Assembly: GCA_963707025.1 (NCBI GenBank)
Contig: CAVPOM010000004.1
Location: 160,001 to 224,000 of the forward strand
Length of the DNA: 64,000 nt
From: an uncultured Verrucomicrobiae bacterium
Lineage (GTDB): Bacteria; Verrucomicrobiota; Verrucomicrobiia; Limisphaerales; Palsa-1400
Direction: 5' to 3'
Under the pieces are notes generated by a model. It was not told the origin of the DNA, searched no databases, and worked only from the letters and a program-made list of their open reading frames with translations. The number at the start of each line of letters is the position of its first letter. Position 1 is the first letter of the stretch. Shown here in pieces: positions 63,156 through 64,000 of the stretch. Made by a program: the position numbers and the translations under genes.

Positions 63156-64000
63156 ATGATTATTGTCCTCAAACCCGGGTTGTCGAAGAAGGACGAGACG
63201 GCAGTTCTGCGGGAAATCAAGAAACTGGGCTACCGGCCGCACGTCATGCGCGGGGTGGAACGGATCGTGGTCGGGGCCATCGGGGACGAACGGACCCACC
63301 AAAGCCTGGAAATGCTGGCCTCCTGGCCGCAGGTGGAGCGGGTCATGCCCGTGCAAAAACGCTACAAGCTGGTCAGCCGCGAGGCCCACAAGCTGACTTC
63401 CACCATGACGGTGCGCGGCCAGGTCATCGGCGCCAAAAAAATCCAGGTCATGGCCGGCCCGTGCTCGGTGGAGAATGAGCGGCAGTTGCTCGCCACCGCC
63501 CACGCCGTCCAGCAGGCCGGCGCCACTTTCTTGCGCGGGGGCGCTTTCAAACCGCGCACCTCTCCGTATGAATTCCAGGGGCTGGGCCGCAAAGGGCTGA
63601 AATTGCTGGCCAAGGCACGGCGCGAAACCGGCCTGGCGGTCATTACCGAGTTGCTTTCCGAAGCGCACGCCGGCCTGGTGGCCGAATACGCCGACATCAT
63701 TCAAATCGGGGCCAGAAACTCCCAGAACTTTCAGTTGCTCATCGCCGCGGCCAAAACCGGCCGGCCCGTTTTGCTCAAACGCGGCCTGTCCATGCGCATC
63801 GAGGAATGGCTGCTGGCGGGCGAATATGTTTTGTCCAACAACAATCCCCATCTGCTCTTCTGCGAACGGGGCATCCGCACCTTTGAAACTTACACCCGCA
63901 ACACCCTGGACCTCTCCGCCATTCCCATCATCAAACAGGAATCCCATTGCCCCATCATTATTGATCCCAGCCAGGGGGCGGGGCGGGCCGAATTGGTCGC
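63156..64000 (+). CDS. aroF: DAHP synthase class I-beta (runs off window edge; absent from the ORF track)
   Basis: Manual translation: MIIVLKPG..., MAGPCSVE, RGGAFKPRTSPYEFQGLG, QIGARN and CERGIRTFE. Confidence 0.93.
   Translation, partial: MIIVLKPGLSKKDETAVLREIKKLGYRPHVMRGVERIVVGAIGDERTHQSLEMLASWPQVERVMPVQKRYKLVSREAHKLTSTMTVRGQVIGAKKIQVMAGPCSVENERQLLATAHAVQQAGATFLRGGAFKPRTSPYEFQGLGRKGLKLLAKARRETGLAVITELLSEAHAGLVAEYADIIQIGARNSQNFQLLIAAAKTGRPVLLKRGLSMRIEEWLLAGEYVLSNNNPHLLFCERGIRTFETYTRNTLDLSAIPIIKQESHCPIIIDPSQGAGRAELV

Overview
GC-rich bacterial chromosomal window, most consistent with Verrucomicrobiota subdivision 3 (an inference from gene style and repeats). It holds many CAZymes (GH54, GH15, GH29, GH78, GH127-like, GH3, GH27) and housekeeping genes at the right end (metY-metX-metW, tsaD, ctpA, ispD, pdxA, surA-like, aroF). 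The left end is a decayed gnd/zwf/ppgK/glucoamylase region. Many single-base frameshifts, including one in a surA-like gene, suggest long-read indel errors. Main candidates for new biology: (1) a coupled gene pair at 7907-10635, a membrane protein with two PmoC/AmoC-like D-x3-H-x12/13-H motifs plus a PmoB-like partner with a predicted mature N-terminal His; (2) an AT-rich two-gene module (soluble protein plus small TM protein, RexAB/Kiwa-like layout) between perfect 21-bp inverted repeats at 43641-45340; (3) a 66-bp double-hairpin element bordering both that module and an HTH-fused restriction-modification island. Also present: a nine-heme CbcL-like cytochrome c/b fusion, a solo attC-like site, an IS4-family element with a divergent passenger ORF inserted in a REP-like hairpin, and a dinD insert flanked by a ~94-bp direct repeat. 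No tRNA, rRNA or CRISPR array was recognised.
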